64,000 nucleotides of DNA from a virus: IMG/VR virus record IMGVR_UViG_3300032893_000005, positions 90,092 to 154,091 of that record; one strand, 5' to 3'. The notes under the pieces are model-generated. The model ran no database searches. It was not told the origin of the DNA and was given only the letters and a program-made list of their open reading frames with translations. A program made the position numbers and the translations under genes. Of the stretch, positions 53,740-63,000 are shown one piece after another (the first letter of the stretch is position 1; the number at the start of each line of letters is the position of its first letter).

Positions 53740-53936
53740 CCGACGCAGCACTCGCCAACCTCGAGTATAAAGAGCGCGTCAAGAAAGCCGTCGCTGGCAT
53801 GAGGGAGATCACCGTCAAGAATCCTGACGATCGCTTCCGTAAGATCACCGAACTGTTCTTGGTTCCGGCGTACAAGGACAACAAGGTCTTCTACGTCGAC
53901 CTATTCAACGCTGCGTTTGACCTGGTGTATGGCTAA
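53736..53936 (+). CDS. hypothetical protein
   Basis: GTGA overlap. Confidence 0.65.
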   Translation: MTDAALANLEYKERVKKAVAGMREITVKNPDDRFRKITELFLVPAYKDNKVFYVDLFNAAFDLVYG

Positions 53937-54210
53937 GGAAGCTCTCTTCTTCCAGGTGGAAGATCAAGTCGGGGTTTTCCTTGTCAACCACGGAGTAATC
54001 GCCGTTGGACTCTTGGTCTTAGCGTTCTTTAGCTACCAGTTCTACTTCGAGTTCTACAAGGTCAAGCGATCATCCGACGAGTACGATGCCGCGCTGTTTG
54101 AGAAGTACCTTGACTTGACGCGTCTACGTCTGCTACGATCCAGGCAGTTCACAGGAGGGAAACAAAGTGACAGAGTTCAAGAAGTACAAGAATCGAAAGA
54201 TCTACAATAA
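53929..54210 (+). CDS. membrane protein
   Basis: single hydrophobic helix. Confidence 0.55.
   Translation: MAKEALFFQVEDQVGVFLVNHGVIAVGLLVLAFFSYQFYFEFYKVKRSSDEYDAALFEKYLDLTRLRLLRSRQFTGGKQSDRVQEVQESKDLQ
54110..54139 (+). promoter_or_regulatory. sigma70-like promoter
   Basis: TTGACT-18-TACGAT with TGn extension, before AGGAGG RBS of the PhaR-like gene. Confidence 0.55.
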
Positions 54211-54604
54211 GAACACGAGCAAGTACGCTACGCTCAGCGAAGTGTACTACGCATCGCTCGGCGGGCCGGTCTCCGTGACTGACGCGACCACTGGCGGAGA
54301 CATCACCGATGACACCGTCATCCGTGGCGCCCTCGAGATCTTCAGCGGTCAAACCTTGAAGGTTCTTGCTGACGAAGCGATCGCCATCGGTCGGAAGTAC
54401 TCCGTGCAGCCTGAAGAGCGAAAGCTCGAGCTGACCGAGACGGCGCAGCGTGCCATGAGTCTTGGCAGTTTTCCTCAAGAATTGAAGACCAAACTCGCAG
54501 GCCGTGGCATCGACGTCTCGAAAGAAACGCCATTCACGCCTAGTGAATTGGAAACAGTAAAAGAAGAAGTCCAAGATCTATTCTCCGGGAAAGGAGCCCA
54601 GTAA
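54167..54604 (+). CDS. PhaR-like (PHB accumulation regulator N-terminal DNA-binding domain) protein
   Basis: KKYKNRKIYN..TSKY.TL.E........V.V.D..TG.DIT matches the PHB_acc_N pattern. Confidence 0.75.
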   Translation: MTEFKKYKNRKIYNKNTSKYATLSEVYYASLGGPVSVTDATTGGDITDDTVIRGALEIFSGQTLKVLADEAIAIGRKYSVQPEERKLELTETAQRAMSLGSFPQELKTKLAGRGIDVSKETPFTPSELETVKEEVQDLFSGKGAQ

Positions 54605-55209
54605 TGAACCCGAAGACGTACATCGAGAACGTGCTCGTTACCGAAGCCCGCGACATGAAGCCGCTCAAGAAGCGCTTCTCAGACCTCGCGAACATCCGCC
54701 TGCTCCACGGTGCCATCGGCATCATATCGGAGCTTGCCGAGATCCAGGAAGCTGCCGACGCTGACCACGTCGATCGCACGAACCTCATGGAAGAAGCGGG
54801 AGACCTCTTCTGGTACATGGGCATCATGGCTCACCAGCTCAACGTGGTCGATGAAGTGTTCATCAACAACGACATGATGGCCATCCGCACGGCACGCCCG
54901 ACGGACGCCAAGGCTCTGCTTCAGCAGAACATCAACTACATGGTGAAGAACGCTGGCTACATGGTCGATACCCTGAAGAAGACCATCATGTACGACAAGC
55001 CGCTCGACGCCAACCTGATGAAGGGTTACCTGCGCGGCATGGACTACAACATCAACCAGGCTCTCCGCATCTACGGGCTCACTTCACAGGATGCCCGCCA
55101 GTCGAACATCAACAAGCTCAAGGAGCGCTACAGTGAGAAGTTCTCTGAAGCTGCTGCCTTGAACCGGAACCTCGCCAAAGAACGTCAAGCCTTAGAAACA
55201 AAGGGGTAA
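54604..55209 (+). CDS. MazG-like nucleotide pyrophosphohydrolase
   Basis: LLHGAIGI.SE..E...NL.EE.GDL.WY; NI.KL..RY..KF. Confidence 0.8.
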   Translation: MNPKTYIENVLVTEARDMKPLKKRFSDLANIRLLHGAIGIISELAEIQEAADADHVDRTNLMEEAGDLFWYMGIMAHQLNVVDEVFINNDMMAIRTARPTDAKALLQQNINYMVKNAGYMVDTLKKTIMYDKPLDANLMKGYLRGMDYNINQALRIYGLTSQDARQSNINKLKERYSEKFSEAAALNRNLAKERQALETKG

Positions 55210-55212
55210 CAG

Positions 55213-55869
55213 ATGGTCATCATCGTATCGGGAAAACAAGGTAGCGGGAAGACAACGACGACCGAGAGGCTCGTCGAGCACTACGATGGTCACCACATCA
55301 AGTTCGCCGATCCGCTCTACTCGGTTCACGAAGCCATGTGGGACGTGTTAGAGGGTTACGGTGTTCCTCGCGAGAAGAAGTCTGGCGACTTCCTCCAGTA
55401 CCTCGGCACTGAGTTTGGTCGCAAGCGTGACGCAAACATGTGGGTCAACATCGCCAAGTACCGCATCAAGCAGATCTTGGAGCAAGATCCTCACGCAGTG
55501 ATAGTCGTCGACGACTGCCGGTTCGAGAACGAGTTCTCGGCGCTGGACGAGTTCAACCCGATCAAGGTTCGCCTCGAGTGCGACCGCGACGTCCGCAAGG
55601 GCAGGGCAGACGCATGGCGCGACAACGAGTTCCACACTTCCGAGACGGCACTCGATGCCATCTCTGCCGACGGCCAGTTCGACCTGTACTTCGACACCGA
55701 GGAGCAAGACATCGACACCGTCGTTGCCTCGATCCAAGCTGCCGTCCAGGACATCGAGACGTTCGGCGACATGCAGCGCTCGCCTACGACCTTCACTCAC
55801 TTGACCAACAAGTACTTCGACAAGGGATTCAAGAAGCTCGAAGACGGTCGGAACGTGGGTACTTGGTGA
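55213..55869 (+). CDS. deoxynucleoside monophosphate kinase
   Basis: SGKQGSGKTT P-loop; FADPL; LQYLGTE.GR; W; DDCRFENE; H.SE. Confidence 0.85.
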   Translation: MVIIVSGKQGSGKTTTTERLVEHYDGHHIKFADPLYSVHEAMWDVLEGYGVPREKKSGDFLQYLGTEFGRKRDANMWVNIAKYRIKQILEQDPHAVIVVDDCRFENEFSALDEFNPIKVRLECDRDVRKGRADAWRDNEFHTSETALDAISADGQFDLYFDTEEQDIDTVVASIQAAVQDIETFGDMQRSPTTFTHLTNKYFDKGFKKLEDGRNVGTW

Positions 55870-56102
55870 AGAAGTCCAAGTTCTTGGCCCAGCTTACAGA
55901 CGTCGCTCGTAACACAACCAGGGAACTGGGCGTGTACAACGAGCAGCTCGTCCAAGCTCTGGTCACCAACATGTTCAACGCTATCACAGCATCAGGGATG
56001 CTTCCTCCGCGTACCGAGTACGACGTGAACGGAGTGAAGTTCTCTGACCACTTCTGGGAGTCTGAGGACACCCTTCCAACAACCCGAGCGGAGTCTCCGT
56101 GA
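55866..56102 (+). CDS. hypothetical protein
   Basis: GTGA overlap; GMLPP...WE.E motif. Confidence 0.6.
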   Translation: MKKSKFLAQLTDVARNTTRELGVYNEQLVQALVTNMFNAITASGMLPPRTEYDVNGVKFSDHFWESEDTLPTTRAESP

Positions 56103-56305
56103 CCGTCACGATCCCAAACGAAGTCTTGATCCCGATCATAGCCTTCCTTGCAGGTGGGTTCTTGGTCTACGACATGAACAAGGATCTTGACGTTGACGGT
56201 CCAGGGATCACTTGGTGGTTGTTCATTGCAGTACTCTGGATACTAGGCATAATCTGTTACCCGTTCTACTGGGTACACGGCAAACTTACAGGAGCAAAGA
56301 GATGA
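56099..56305 (+). CDS. two-TM membrane protein
   Basis: two hydrophobic helices. Confidence 0.65.
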   Translation: MTVTIPNEVLIPIIAFLAGGFLVYDMNKDLDVDGPGITWWLFIAVLWILGIICYPFYWVHGKLTGAKR

Positions 56306-56916
56306 CACACGAGTTCGCACTACACTACAACATCCACAACGTAGTGATGCGCTACCAGAACACCAAGGAGACGCGGCGTAGTCGGCCAATGCGCAGTAGC
56401 ACAGCGCAGAAGTTAGCCCGCCTTCGAGCCAAGACCTTCTTCATTCGTATAGACGAGATCGACGTCATGTTCGCACTCGACCAGCTCGCTAAGAACCATG
56501 AAGGCGTATCGGTACTGATGGAGATCGGGGTATCCAGCGTGAACCCTGGAAACTTGCCGAAGTATCACATGATCAAGCAGGACATCAAGAAGATGAAGGA
56601 TAGCTTGAGGGAGATCAAGTCCGAGACGCTCAGTAAGATGACTGAAGAAAGCATCAAGAGAGCTGAAGAGGCTGCCGCCAAGGTGAAGCCGGACAACTAC
56701 TCGCGCAAGCTCGGACGAGAGCGTGCGAAGGAAGCCGCGAAGAACGCCGTCCTGAAGCTGACGTCTGCGTCCGTACAGGATGGCAGAGCAGTGTTGCGAC
56801 TTGTGAGCGATGAGATCGCGTTTGACTACGTGAAGAACTTCAAGACAGGATCGGTGCGACTGCACCTTGTGGAAGTAGACGGCATCGAAGTTGCGGCCAT
56901 GTTGCCGTACAACTGA
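56302..56916 (+). CDS. hypothetical protein
   Basis: AGGAG RBS; D.YSRKLGR..A motif. Confidence 0.7.
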   Translation: MTHEFALHYNIHNVVMRYQNTKETRRSRPMRSSTAQKLARLRAKTFFIRIDEIDVMFALDQLAKNHEGVSVLMEIGVSSVNPGNLPKYHMIKQDIKKMKDSLREIKSETLSKMTEESIKRAEEAAAKVKPDNYSRKLGRERAKEAAKNAVLKLTSASVQDGRAVLRLVSDEIAFDYVKNFKTGSVRLHLVEVDGIEVAAMLPYN

Positions 56917-56928
56917 GCCCAGAAGCAC

Positions 56929-56961
56929 GAAAAGCCCACGCCTGTGACGACGTGAGCTTTC
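56929..56961 (-). terminator. intrinsic terminator between convergent units (possibly bidirectional)
   Basis: minus strand AAAGCUCACG-loop-CGUGGGCUUUU. Confidence 0.65.
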
Positions 56962-56989
56962 CTGCTCGATGATCGACCCTTAAGTCGAC

Positions 56990-57337
56990 TTACAGAACAG
57001 TGGTAAGGGGAGCCGGAACCGCAGCAGCGCGGAGAGCGATGTAAAGATCGCCGACGACAGCAGCCGATGGTTTAGTGCCCGCAGTAGCGACAGTCTCGAA
57101 GACCGCGTTACCGGCAACAGCCGGGATGTGCACGAGCTGATCGCCCACTGCAAGAGCCGCGAAGTCAGTCGTAGCGCTGGTGTGAGCAGCGACGATGACG
57201 GCAGCGATCATCCAGGGGTTCGATGCCTGAGCCTGACGCGTCTGAGCGACGTTCAAGATGTTGGCAACTTCGAGACCTTCCGTCTGAGCGGTCATGACCT
57301 CAAGAAGCTTCTTGATTGAGTTTAATGAAAGAGCCAT
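56990..57337 (-). CDS. virion protein downstream of the tail tube
   Basis: AAGGAG RBS; Ala-rich. Confidence 0.7.
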   Translation of the reverse strand: MALSLNSIKKLLEVMTAQTEGLEVANILNVAQTRQAQASNPWMIAAVIVAAHTSATTDFAALAVGDQLVHIPAVAGNAVFETVATAGTKPSAAVVGDLYIALRAAAVPAPLTTVL

Positions 57338-57370
57338 TTTTTCTCCTTATGGTCTTATCTTAAGTTAAGG

Positions 57371-57838
57371 TTAGGTTCCCGAGAGAAGGTCAGAAGCGCC
57401 AGCCGACTCACCCTGTGAGCCCGACTCGTCTTCAGCTCTCAAGCCGAGGAAGCGTGCAGTGAACGCGCTGATCGATCGAGCAGCAACGTCAGTGTCGTAA
57501 CCTTCCGGGCGTACGCCGAGGACGGTCATGATCTGCTTGTTGGTCTGACGATCAAAGATCGCGATGCTGATGTCTTCGTGGTTCAAGAGGTCTTGTAACT
57601 TCGGGATGTCGGCTGCAACGTGAGCACCGTTGTTGACCACACGGAAGCCAGAAGCCGTCACGCGGATAGCTTCTTGAGCGGTGTACGTCAACTCAGCGGG
57701 CGAGTAGCGACCGAGGATGAAAGCAGGCTGAACATCGTATGCGACGCCCCAGCTACAGTTCGTGAAGATCCCTTGGATCTTCCCGTTGACGATAAGCTGA
57801 GCCCTCGCACCATTTAGAATTTGCTGGGTGGTTCCCAT
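57371..57838 (-). CDS. tail tube protein
   Basis: 155 aa gene immediately after the sheath; GARA...NG...G; ILGRYSP.E. Confidence 0.8.
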   Translation of the reverse strand: MGTTQQILNGARAQLIVNGKIQGIFTNCSWGVAYDVQPAFILGRYSPAELTYTAQEAIRVTASGFRVVNNGAHVAADIPKLQDLLNHEDISIAIFDRQTNKQIMTVLGVRPEGYDTDVAARSISAFTARFLGLRAEDESGSQGESAGASDLLSGT

Positions 57839-57855
57839 GAGCTATTTACCTTTCC

Positions 57856-60663
57856 TTAAGCAGCAGCGCTGGCCTTGATGCCTTCGATCTCGAGCGTGAT
57901 CGGGGCAAAGCGAATCGAAGTGGCTTCGATGACAACTGCGTCAACGAGCAAGACGTCCTCGTCGAGTTCAGCGTTGATGCTGATCCAACCGCCGGGAGCA
58001 CCTTGCTGAGGCGACCTGACGATGAGCTTCTTGTTCAAGAACTCTTCCATCTTCGCCTTGACGAAGGAGATGACGGTCGAGGGTTGAACGTCGGCCACAG
58101 ACTCACCGACGAACGCGTCGCGGATTGCCTGAGCCAAGCTGAGGGCGATGATGTCGGCCACGTAGACAGCTTGCAAGCTGTTGTAGACGAAGTTGTTGTC
58201 GACGCCGTAGGTCGTTTGGTCAGTACGGAACCGGAACGAACCGTCTTCCATCTGACTGACGGGGATCATGCCGGACAAGATGGCCTGTTCGACCAGCGAG
58301 TCAGCCTGATCGTCGAAGCCGACGGGGTTCACGACGCCAGAGATCTGAAGAGCCTTGTTGTAGATGGCCTTGTAGAAGCCAGCGGCTTGCATACCGGCGA
58401 CCTTCGCAGCGCCCATCCAAGGTTGGAAGGTAACGATGGCGCCTTGTGAGTTCAAGTCCTTGATGCTCTGGAAGCACATCGTGCAACGGAAGCTTGCCAG
58501 GATCTCAGCAGCGGACTGCTGGTTCTGGAAGGTATCGAGCTTCGAGACCTGAGCAACGCGGTGACGCTTCACCTTAGGAGTCGACATCGCGATGACGTGG
58601 GCGCGGGCCGCAGCGTTCGCAGCGTCGACTGTGTAAGTAGAAGACTGGTCAGTAAGTCCAGCCGCCGAGTCAAGAGTTGCGTCTTGGCTGACGAGGGGAA
58701 CTACGAAGTTGCAGCGAACGGTCGACAGTGCCGTGATGGACTGAGCCATCTGCAGCGCGGTCGTTCCACCCTTGGCACCGCCAGACAAGAAGTAGGGTCC
58801 TTCGTCGTCGGGGAGACCGGCAGTAGCGATCGGCATGTAAGTGACCTGAATAGAGGAAGCGGCGATGTTGCCGGGTCCAGCGGTCAAGTCCCAGATGTCG
58901 CGCTTGATGAGTCCAGGAGCAGTGCTCGCGACGTCCGAGCAGATGCCGACGTTAGAGACTTGGTCCAAGATCATAGGCGAACGCTGAGCATCCGTGCCAG
59001 ATCCAGGCTGAGCGTAGTAGCCAGCGTTGGAGCTGATCAAGGCGCAGAGGTCAGAGATCGTGTTTACGCTGTTCAAGATGATCGACAGGTTCGTGCCCGA
59101 TCCACCAGTGACGCTGGTGGTGAGCATGAGGTTCGCGCCGCTCATGGCTATGCTCATGGTAGCAGTCGTTCCCAAGTAGCCGACTTCGAGGGCGATGTGA
59201 CCGCCGACGATCGGGCTCTCGTTCACGTTGGTGATCGAGTTTGAGAAGCTGAACTGCTTGGCGAACTCGGAAGCCGAGTCGAGCTGTTGGCCGATCCACG
59301 AAGCTGCGTTGGCAGTTCCGAGGTTCAAGAACAAGGTGTTGATGTTGACGGCACCGGCGTTGTCCAAGATCATCATGGACTTACCAACACCGCGAATCTG
59401 ACGATCCAAGACTTGGACGTCCGAGGTAGCGGCGATCGCGGTCGAGCTGACAGCGACGGGCGAGCCGTTAGACAGGCGAGAAGCCGTGACGTAGGCAGAG
59501 CCAGCGACGTTGTTCACTGCCGAGACTTGGTACCAGCCGACGTTGGCAGAACCAGCACCGGCGTAGGCCGAGCTGGAAGGAATGTGCAACCAGTCACCGA
59601 TCTGCGGATTTGAGGCAAACTTGCCAGTAGCCAGAGCGAAGGTGATGGCCGGACCAGCGACGGAGACGGAAGCGTTGACGCCGACCAGTCCAGTCAGTAC
59701 TTGTCTATCTGTTCCTGACATGTTGTTGATCGATATCGAGCTGTAGTCGACCAGGTCGTTGGCGGGAGTGGCGGAGAGGGCTACGGAGGAGACCGCGACC
59801 GGAGCACCGGCAGTGATCTTCACTGCAGATATGCTGGCCGAAGCCGACGTGTTGCTGACCGCAGTGACGATGTACCAACCGACGTTGGCGTTACCGACAC
59901 CAGCTATGACGGAGCCAGACGGGATGTTCATGGAGTCGCCGATTGCAGGCGAAGCACCGAACACAGCCGGAGCAGTCAAGCTGATGGTTACGTTCTGGCC
60001 AGAAACCGCGACTGCGATCTGGTTTGACGCACTGAGTCCAGACATGATGTTCTGGTTGACGCCGCCGACTGCGTTGAGGTTGTTCAGCGCGGTGATGGCC
60101 TGTGCAAGAGACGAGGGAAGGGTGTTCGCGCTGATCGCGAGTGCCTGCTTGGCTCCGCCGTTTACGCGGATGTCGGCAGAAGCGCCGGAAGCAGACGGAG
60201 CGTACGAGAACTTGCTGGTCGATGGAGCGACTTCGTCGACTGCGGTCGAGATGCTCTCCTTGATGCTGTTACCGGGAGCACCGGCAGCATCGGCGAGGAT
60301 CTTGCCGTGACCGTCGTCAGTCTGCTTCATGGCGTTTAAGCCAAGGTTTGACTTGACAAGGATGAATCTCTGAGGCGAACCTTTAATACGAGACGAGGCA
60401 GAAGCGGCAACGGCGCCGCGATAAGCATCGACCAGGCGGCCCGAACCGTACTTGGCCACAACGCGGTTAATGTCGCCGGGACCGAAAGAATTGCTTGAAA
60501 GACGATCTTCTTGGGACCACTGAGGACCTTGGTCAGCTTCGCCAACGAGAGCTATGACGCCAGTCGTGGCAAGACCTTGCGGATTCGAGATCACCGACGT
60601 GGCGATCGACGAGTCCGGGATAATCAGTGTTGATCCATCGGCTGTAACATAAACTCGAGCCAT
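57856..60663 (-). CDS. contractile tail sheath protein
   Basis: N-terminal VIALVGEAD.GP; LSGG.KG; C-terminal sheath domain (AG.QA...LI..G...D.TT...AD...F.PI). Confidence 0.85.
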   Translation of the reverse strand: MARVYVTADGSTLIIPDSSIATSVISNPQGLATTGVIALVGEADQGPQWSQEDRLSSNSFGPGDINRVVAKYGSGRLVDAYRGAVAASASSRIKGSPQRFILVKSNLGLNAMKQTDDGHGKILADAAGAPGNSIKESISTAVDEVAPSTSKFSYAPSASGASADIRVNGGAKQALAISANTLPSSLAQAITALNNLNAVGGVNQNIMSGLSASNQIAVAVSGQNVTISLTAPAVFGASPAIGDSMNIPSGSVIAGVGNANVGWYIVTAVSNTSASASISAVKITAGAPVAVSSVALSATPANDLVDYSSISINNMSGTDRQVLTGLVGVNASVSVAGPAITFALATGKFASNPQIGDWLHIPSSSAYAGAGSANVGWYQVSAVNNVAGSAYVTASRLSNGSPVAVSSTAIAATSDVQVLDRQIRGVGKSMMILDNAGAVNINTLFLNLGTANAASWIGQQLDSASEFAKQFSFSNSITNVNESPIVGGHIALEVGYLGTTATMSIAMSGANLMLTTSVTGGSGTNLSIILNSVNTISDLCALISSNAGYYAQPGSGTDAQRSPMILDQVSNVGICSDVASTAPGLIKRDIWDLTAGPGNIAASSIQVTYMPIATAGLPDDEGPYFLSGGAKGGTTALQMAQSITALSTVRCNFVVPLVSQDATLDSAAGLTDQSSTYTVDAANAAARAHVIAMSTPKVKRHRVAQVSKLDTFQNQQSAAEILASFRCTMCFQSIKDLNSQGAIVTFQPWMGAAKVAGMQAAGFYKAIYNKALQISGVVNPVGFDDQADSLVEQAILSGMIPVSQMEDGSFRFRTDQTTYGVDNNFVYNSLQAVYVADIIALSLAQAIRDAFVGESVADVQPSTVISFVKAKMEEFLNKKLIVRSPQQGAPGGWISINAELDEDVLLVDAVVIEATSIRFAPITLEIEGIKASAAA

Positions 60664-60691
60664 CTCTGTCTCCTAACTCAACTTGTCAAGG

Positions 60692-60724
60692 ATTAAGATC
60701 TACGGTTAAATCCTTGAATTTACT
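60692..60724 (-). promoter_or_regulatory. late promoter element copy 6
   Basis: AGTAAATTCA-aggat-TTA-accgt-AGATCTTAAT, 29 bp before the sheath ATG. Confidence 0.75.
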
Positions 60725-60958
60725 TTACTTCTCAATGGGGATGCCAAAGTGTATGAGGCCATCGATCCACTTAGTCTGGTCATTCCACATGCCAATACGC
60801 TTGAGGTGGACCTTCGCGGACTCCTTCAAGATCTTGTCCCCGTTCTTAACGCAAGAGGCCCAGCATTGGTCAAAGCTCGTCCATACAGGTCGCTGGTGGT
60901 TCCTAACGTCCTGGTTCGACTGAGCTTCTTGCTGTTCTTCACTGCGCTTCTTAGCCAT
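60725..60958 (-). CDS. small hypothetical protein upstream of the sheath
   Basis: AAGGTGAG RBS; F...W...HLK.IG.....GL.HFG. Confidence 0.7.
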   Translation of the reverse strand: MAKKRSEEQQEAQSNQDVRNHQRPVWTSFDQCWASCVKNGDKILKESAKVHLKRIGMWNDQTKWIDGLIHFGIPIEK

Positions 60959-60967
60959 TTACTCACC

Positions 60968-62263
60968 TTACGGGAGGTTTGGTTTCTTCATGCCCTTCAG
61001 AGTGCTCAAGATCTTTGTATGCATCGCGTGAGCCTTCTGGGTGTACTGGTTCTTCAACTCAGGAACTTGAGCTGCGCGGGTCGCCGCGCCAGCCGGGGAA
61101 ACACCCTTAGGATTAACTCTCAAGACCTGATGAGCTTCACCCATCGGGATCTCAGGATGAACGCCCTTCTGATCTTTCACGACCACGGCGCCAAAGCCAG
61201 CATCTGGACGGGGAGTCGGCGTAGACGGTGCACCAGTTCCTCCGAGAGCCTTATCCATCTCTTCACCCTTGCCCCACTTAGCAGGCTTCACGCCTTCTGC
61301 TACGCAGACGGCATGTGGGTTCTTGACTTCAGGACTGTTTTCTTTCACATGTTCAACGCATCGATCGTGCTTTGACTCGCTGGCCTTAGCAACGTGCTCA
61401 GGCAACTTCTTGCCCTTAGTTTCTTCGTCCCAGTGATGAACTGCAGCTTTGCCACCCAAGGCTTTGGTTCCAGCTTCAGTATGAGCCCACTTCCTCTGAG
61501 CATCTGACTTGTAAGGCTTCATCAAGGGCTCAGCCTTGTTCACGACCTGAGGAATGAGAGACTTGTTGGCCGGGTTGACCACTTCTCGACCCTTGTCTTG
61601 GTCGATCTTGTCTTCTTTGTAAGCGTTCGCGGCCTTCTGATGCTCAGAGACCTGATCTTCATGTTCTTGGCGCTGCGCAGCTTCACTGTCTTTCCGGCGC
61701 TCGTTCGCGACGACGCCGTCGGTGATGCGCTGACGCTCCATGTCGTTCTTGCACATCTTCATGCAGCCAACAGCCTTCTGCATCCACTTCGCGAGGTGAG
61801 CTGGATCGCGTCCTTCAGACTTCGGAAGGTTCGGCTTTGGCTCTTGCATGGTGCGGTGTGCTTCGTTGCGCTGTTCTTGAACGGCAAGTCCCATGTGCTG
61901 CTTGGCATCTTTGGGAAAACCATGCTGCTTCATGTGCATTGCTGTGCGAACGATTGTTCCAATCGTCGAGTGACCAGGCTTACCTTGGGGCTGCTGCACT
62001 GCCTTGTCCATGTTCATGTTCATAGCTCCACCGCCGAACGAGCCCATGGCATCTTTCTTCATGCCTGGCGCCTTCATGCCGGGAGGAGTCGGGGGTTTGG
62101 GAGCACCGGCTACTGTCATCGGCTTCTGCACTGGAGCAGGGGCCGGAGCTGGCGCGGGAGCAGCCTTGTTGATGAGGACGCCGGGAAGCTTCGTGGCTGG
62201 ATCTGCCTTCACCAGGTCGATGATCTCGTTCACCTTCTTGATCAAGCTGTCAAAGTCACTCAT
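60968..62263 (-). CDS. low-complexity modular head-region protein (candidate protease-processed internal protein)
   Basis: K/A/P-rich; repeated hydrophobic-x-K-(A/S/D/G); mini-modules PYKSDAQRKWAH and HDRCVEHVK...NPHAVC. Confidence 0.6.
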   Translation of the reverse strand: MSDFDSLIKKVNEIIDLVKADPATKLPGVLINKAAPAPAPAPAPVQKPMTVAGAPKPPTPPGMKAPGMKKDAMGSFGGGAMNMNMDKAVQQPQGKPGHSTIGTIVRTAMHMKQHGFPKDAKQHMGLAVQEQRNEAHRTMQEPKPNLPKSEGRDPAHLAKWMQKAVGCMKMCKNDMERQRITDGVVANERRKDSEAAQRQEHEDQVSEHQKAANAYKEDKIDQDKGREVVNPANKSLIPQVVNKAEPLMKPYKSDAQRKWAHTEAGTKALGGKAAVHHWDEETKGKKLPEHVAKASESKHDRCVEHVKENSPEVKNPHAVCVAEGVKPAKWGKGEEMDKALGGTGAPSTPTPRPDAGFGAVVVKDQKGVHPEIPMGEAHQVLRVNPKGVSPAGAATRAAQVPELKNQYTQKAHAMHTKILSTLKGMKKPNLP

Positions 62264-62776
62264 CTACTTCCCCTTGGGTCTGCTCAGCATAGAGCTTAAA
62301 ATTTTATTCACCTGACTGCCGCACTTACTCATGGTCTGACTAGGGTACGGATTCATGACAGCAGGGTTCTGAACGATGCGAGGTTCAGAGGTAGTTGATC
62401 CAGGATTCGCTACTACGATCGGTGTCGAAGTTGACGCAGGCATGACGTCGACCGCCTTCTTCACCGGGCTATCTTCCATGTCGCCGTACTTCGTCCGCTT
62501 GTGAGGAGGAAGTGCATTCGGGTGAAGGACCTTGCCGCCTGATCCGATGCCTAAGTACTTCTCAGACATGCGAGCGCCTTCGTAAGGATTGCGCCGGTGA
62601 ACGTCAGTAACGAAGTTCACCGCAAGCTCGCGGTGTGGATGCTCATACGGAACTGGCTCGTCGTGCCCCTTCAACTGGAGAGGAAGCTTGACGCCAGCGA
62701 CGATGTCCTCATGGTGGGACTTCGCCAAGACGTCTTTCAAGACTTCCAGCCTGTTGAGCAGAACTAACCTACTCAC
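62264..62776 (-). CDS. head-region hypothetical protein
   Basis: LAKS, VKKA, MSKC motifs. Confidence 0.65.
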   Translation of the reverse strand: MSRLVLLNRLEVLKDVLAKSHHEDIVAGVKLPLQLKGHDEPVPYEHPHRELAVNFVTDVHRRNPYEGARMSEKYLGIGSGGKVLHPNALPPHKRTKYGDMEDSPVKKAVDVMPASTSTPIVVANPGSTTSEPRIVQNPAVMNPYPSQTMSKCGSQVNKILSSMLSRPKGK

Positions 62777-63000
62777 TGCCTCATCCTCTCGTACGCTCTG
62801 ACGAGTTCTCTTCCGAACGGCGTCACTAGCGTATCTTCGTCAACTGCTTCGAGCTGCACCAGCTTGTAGAAGGACATGCCGAAGCAGAACCAATTCTTCT
62901 CGGGTAGGTAAGACGCTTGAGAGAGCAGGTCCATGTCACGAACAGTGAGGTCCTCGATCTTCCACTTGCGCTTCTTCTTCAAGATTACTTGGTTCACCAT
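62773..63000 (-). CDS. hypothetical protein
   Basis: overlap couplings on both sides. Confidence 0.6.
   Translation of the reverse strand: MVNQVILKKKRKWKIEDLTVRDMDLLSQASYLPEKNWFCFGMSFYKLVQLEAVDEDTLVTPFGRELVRAYERMRQ

Noticed and set aside
36361-62266. TAG recoding, suggested by three in-frame TAG-ATG junctions (36364, 51269, 62264)
   Set aside because: All long structural ORFs are intact in code 11, equivalent zero-gap junctions occur with TAA (5511, 20193, 42110), and other TAG stops are ordinary.
7511-62315. Many long antisense or alternate-frame ORFs (e.g. 47475..48365, 58561..59244, 61598..62299, 55440..55865)
   Set aside because: Shadows of real genes caused by codon bias; no RBS or protein-like composition.
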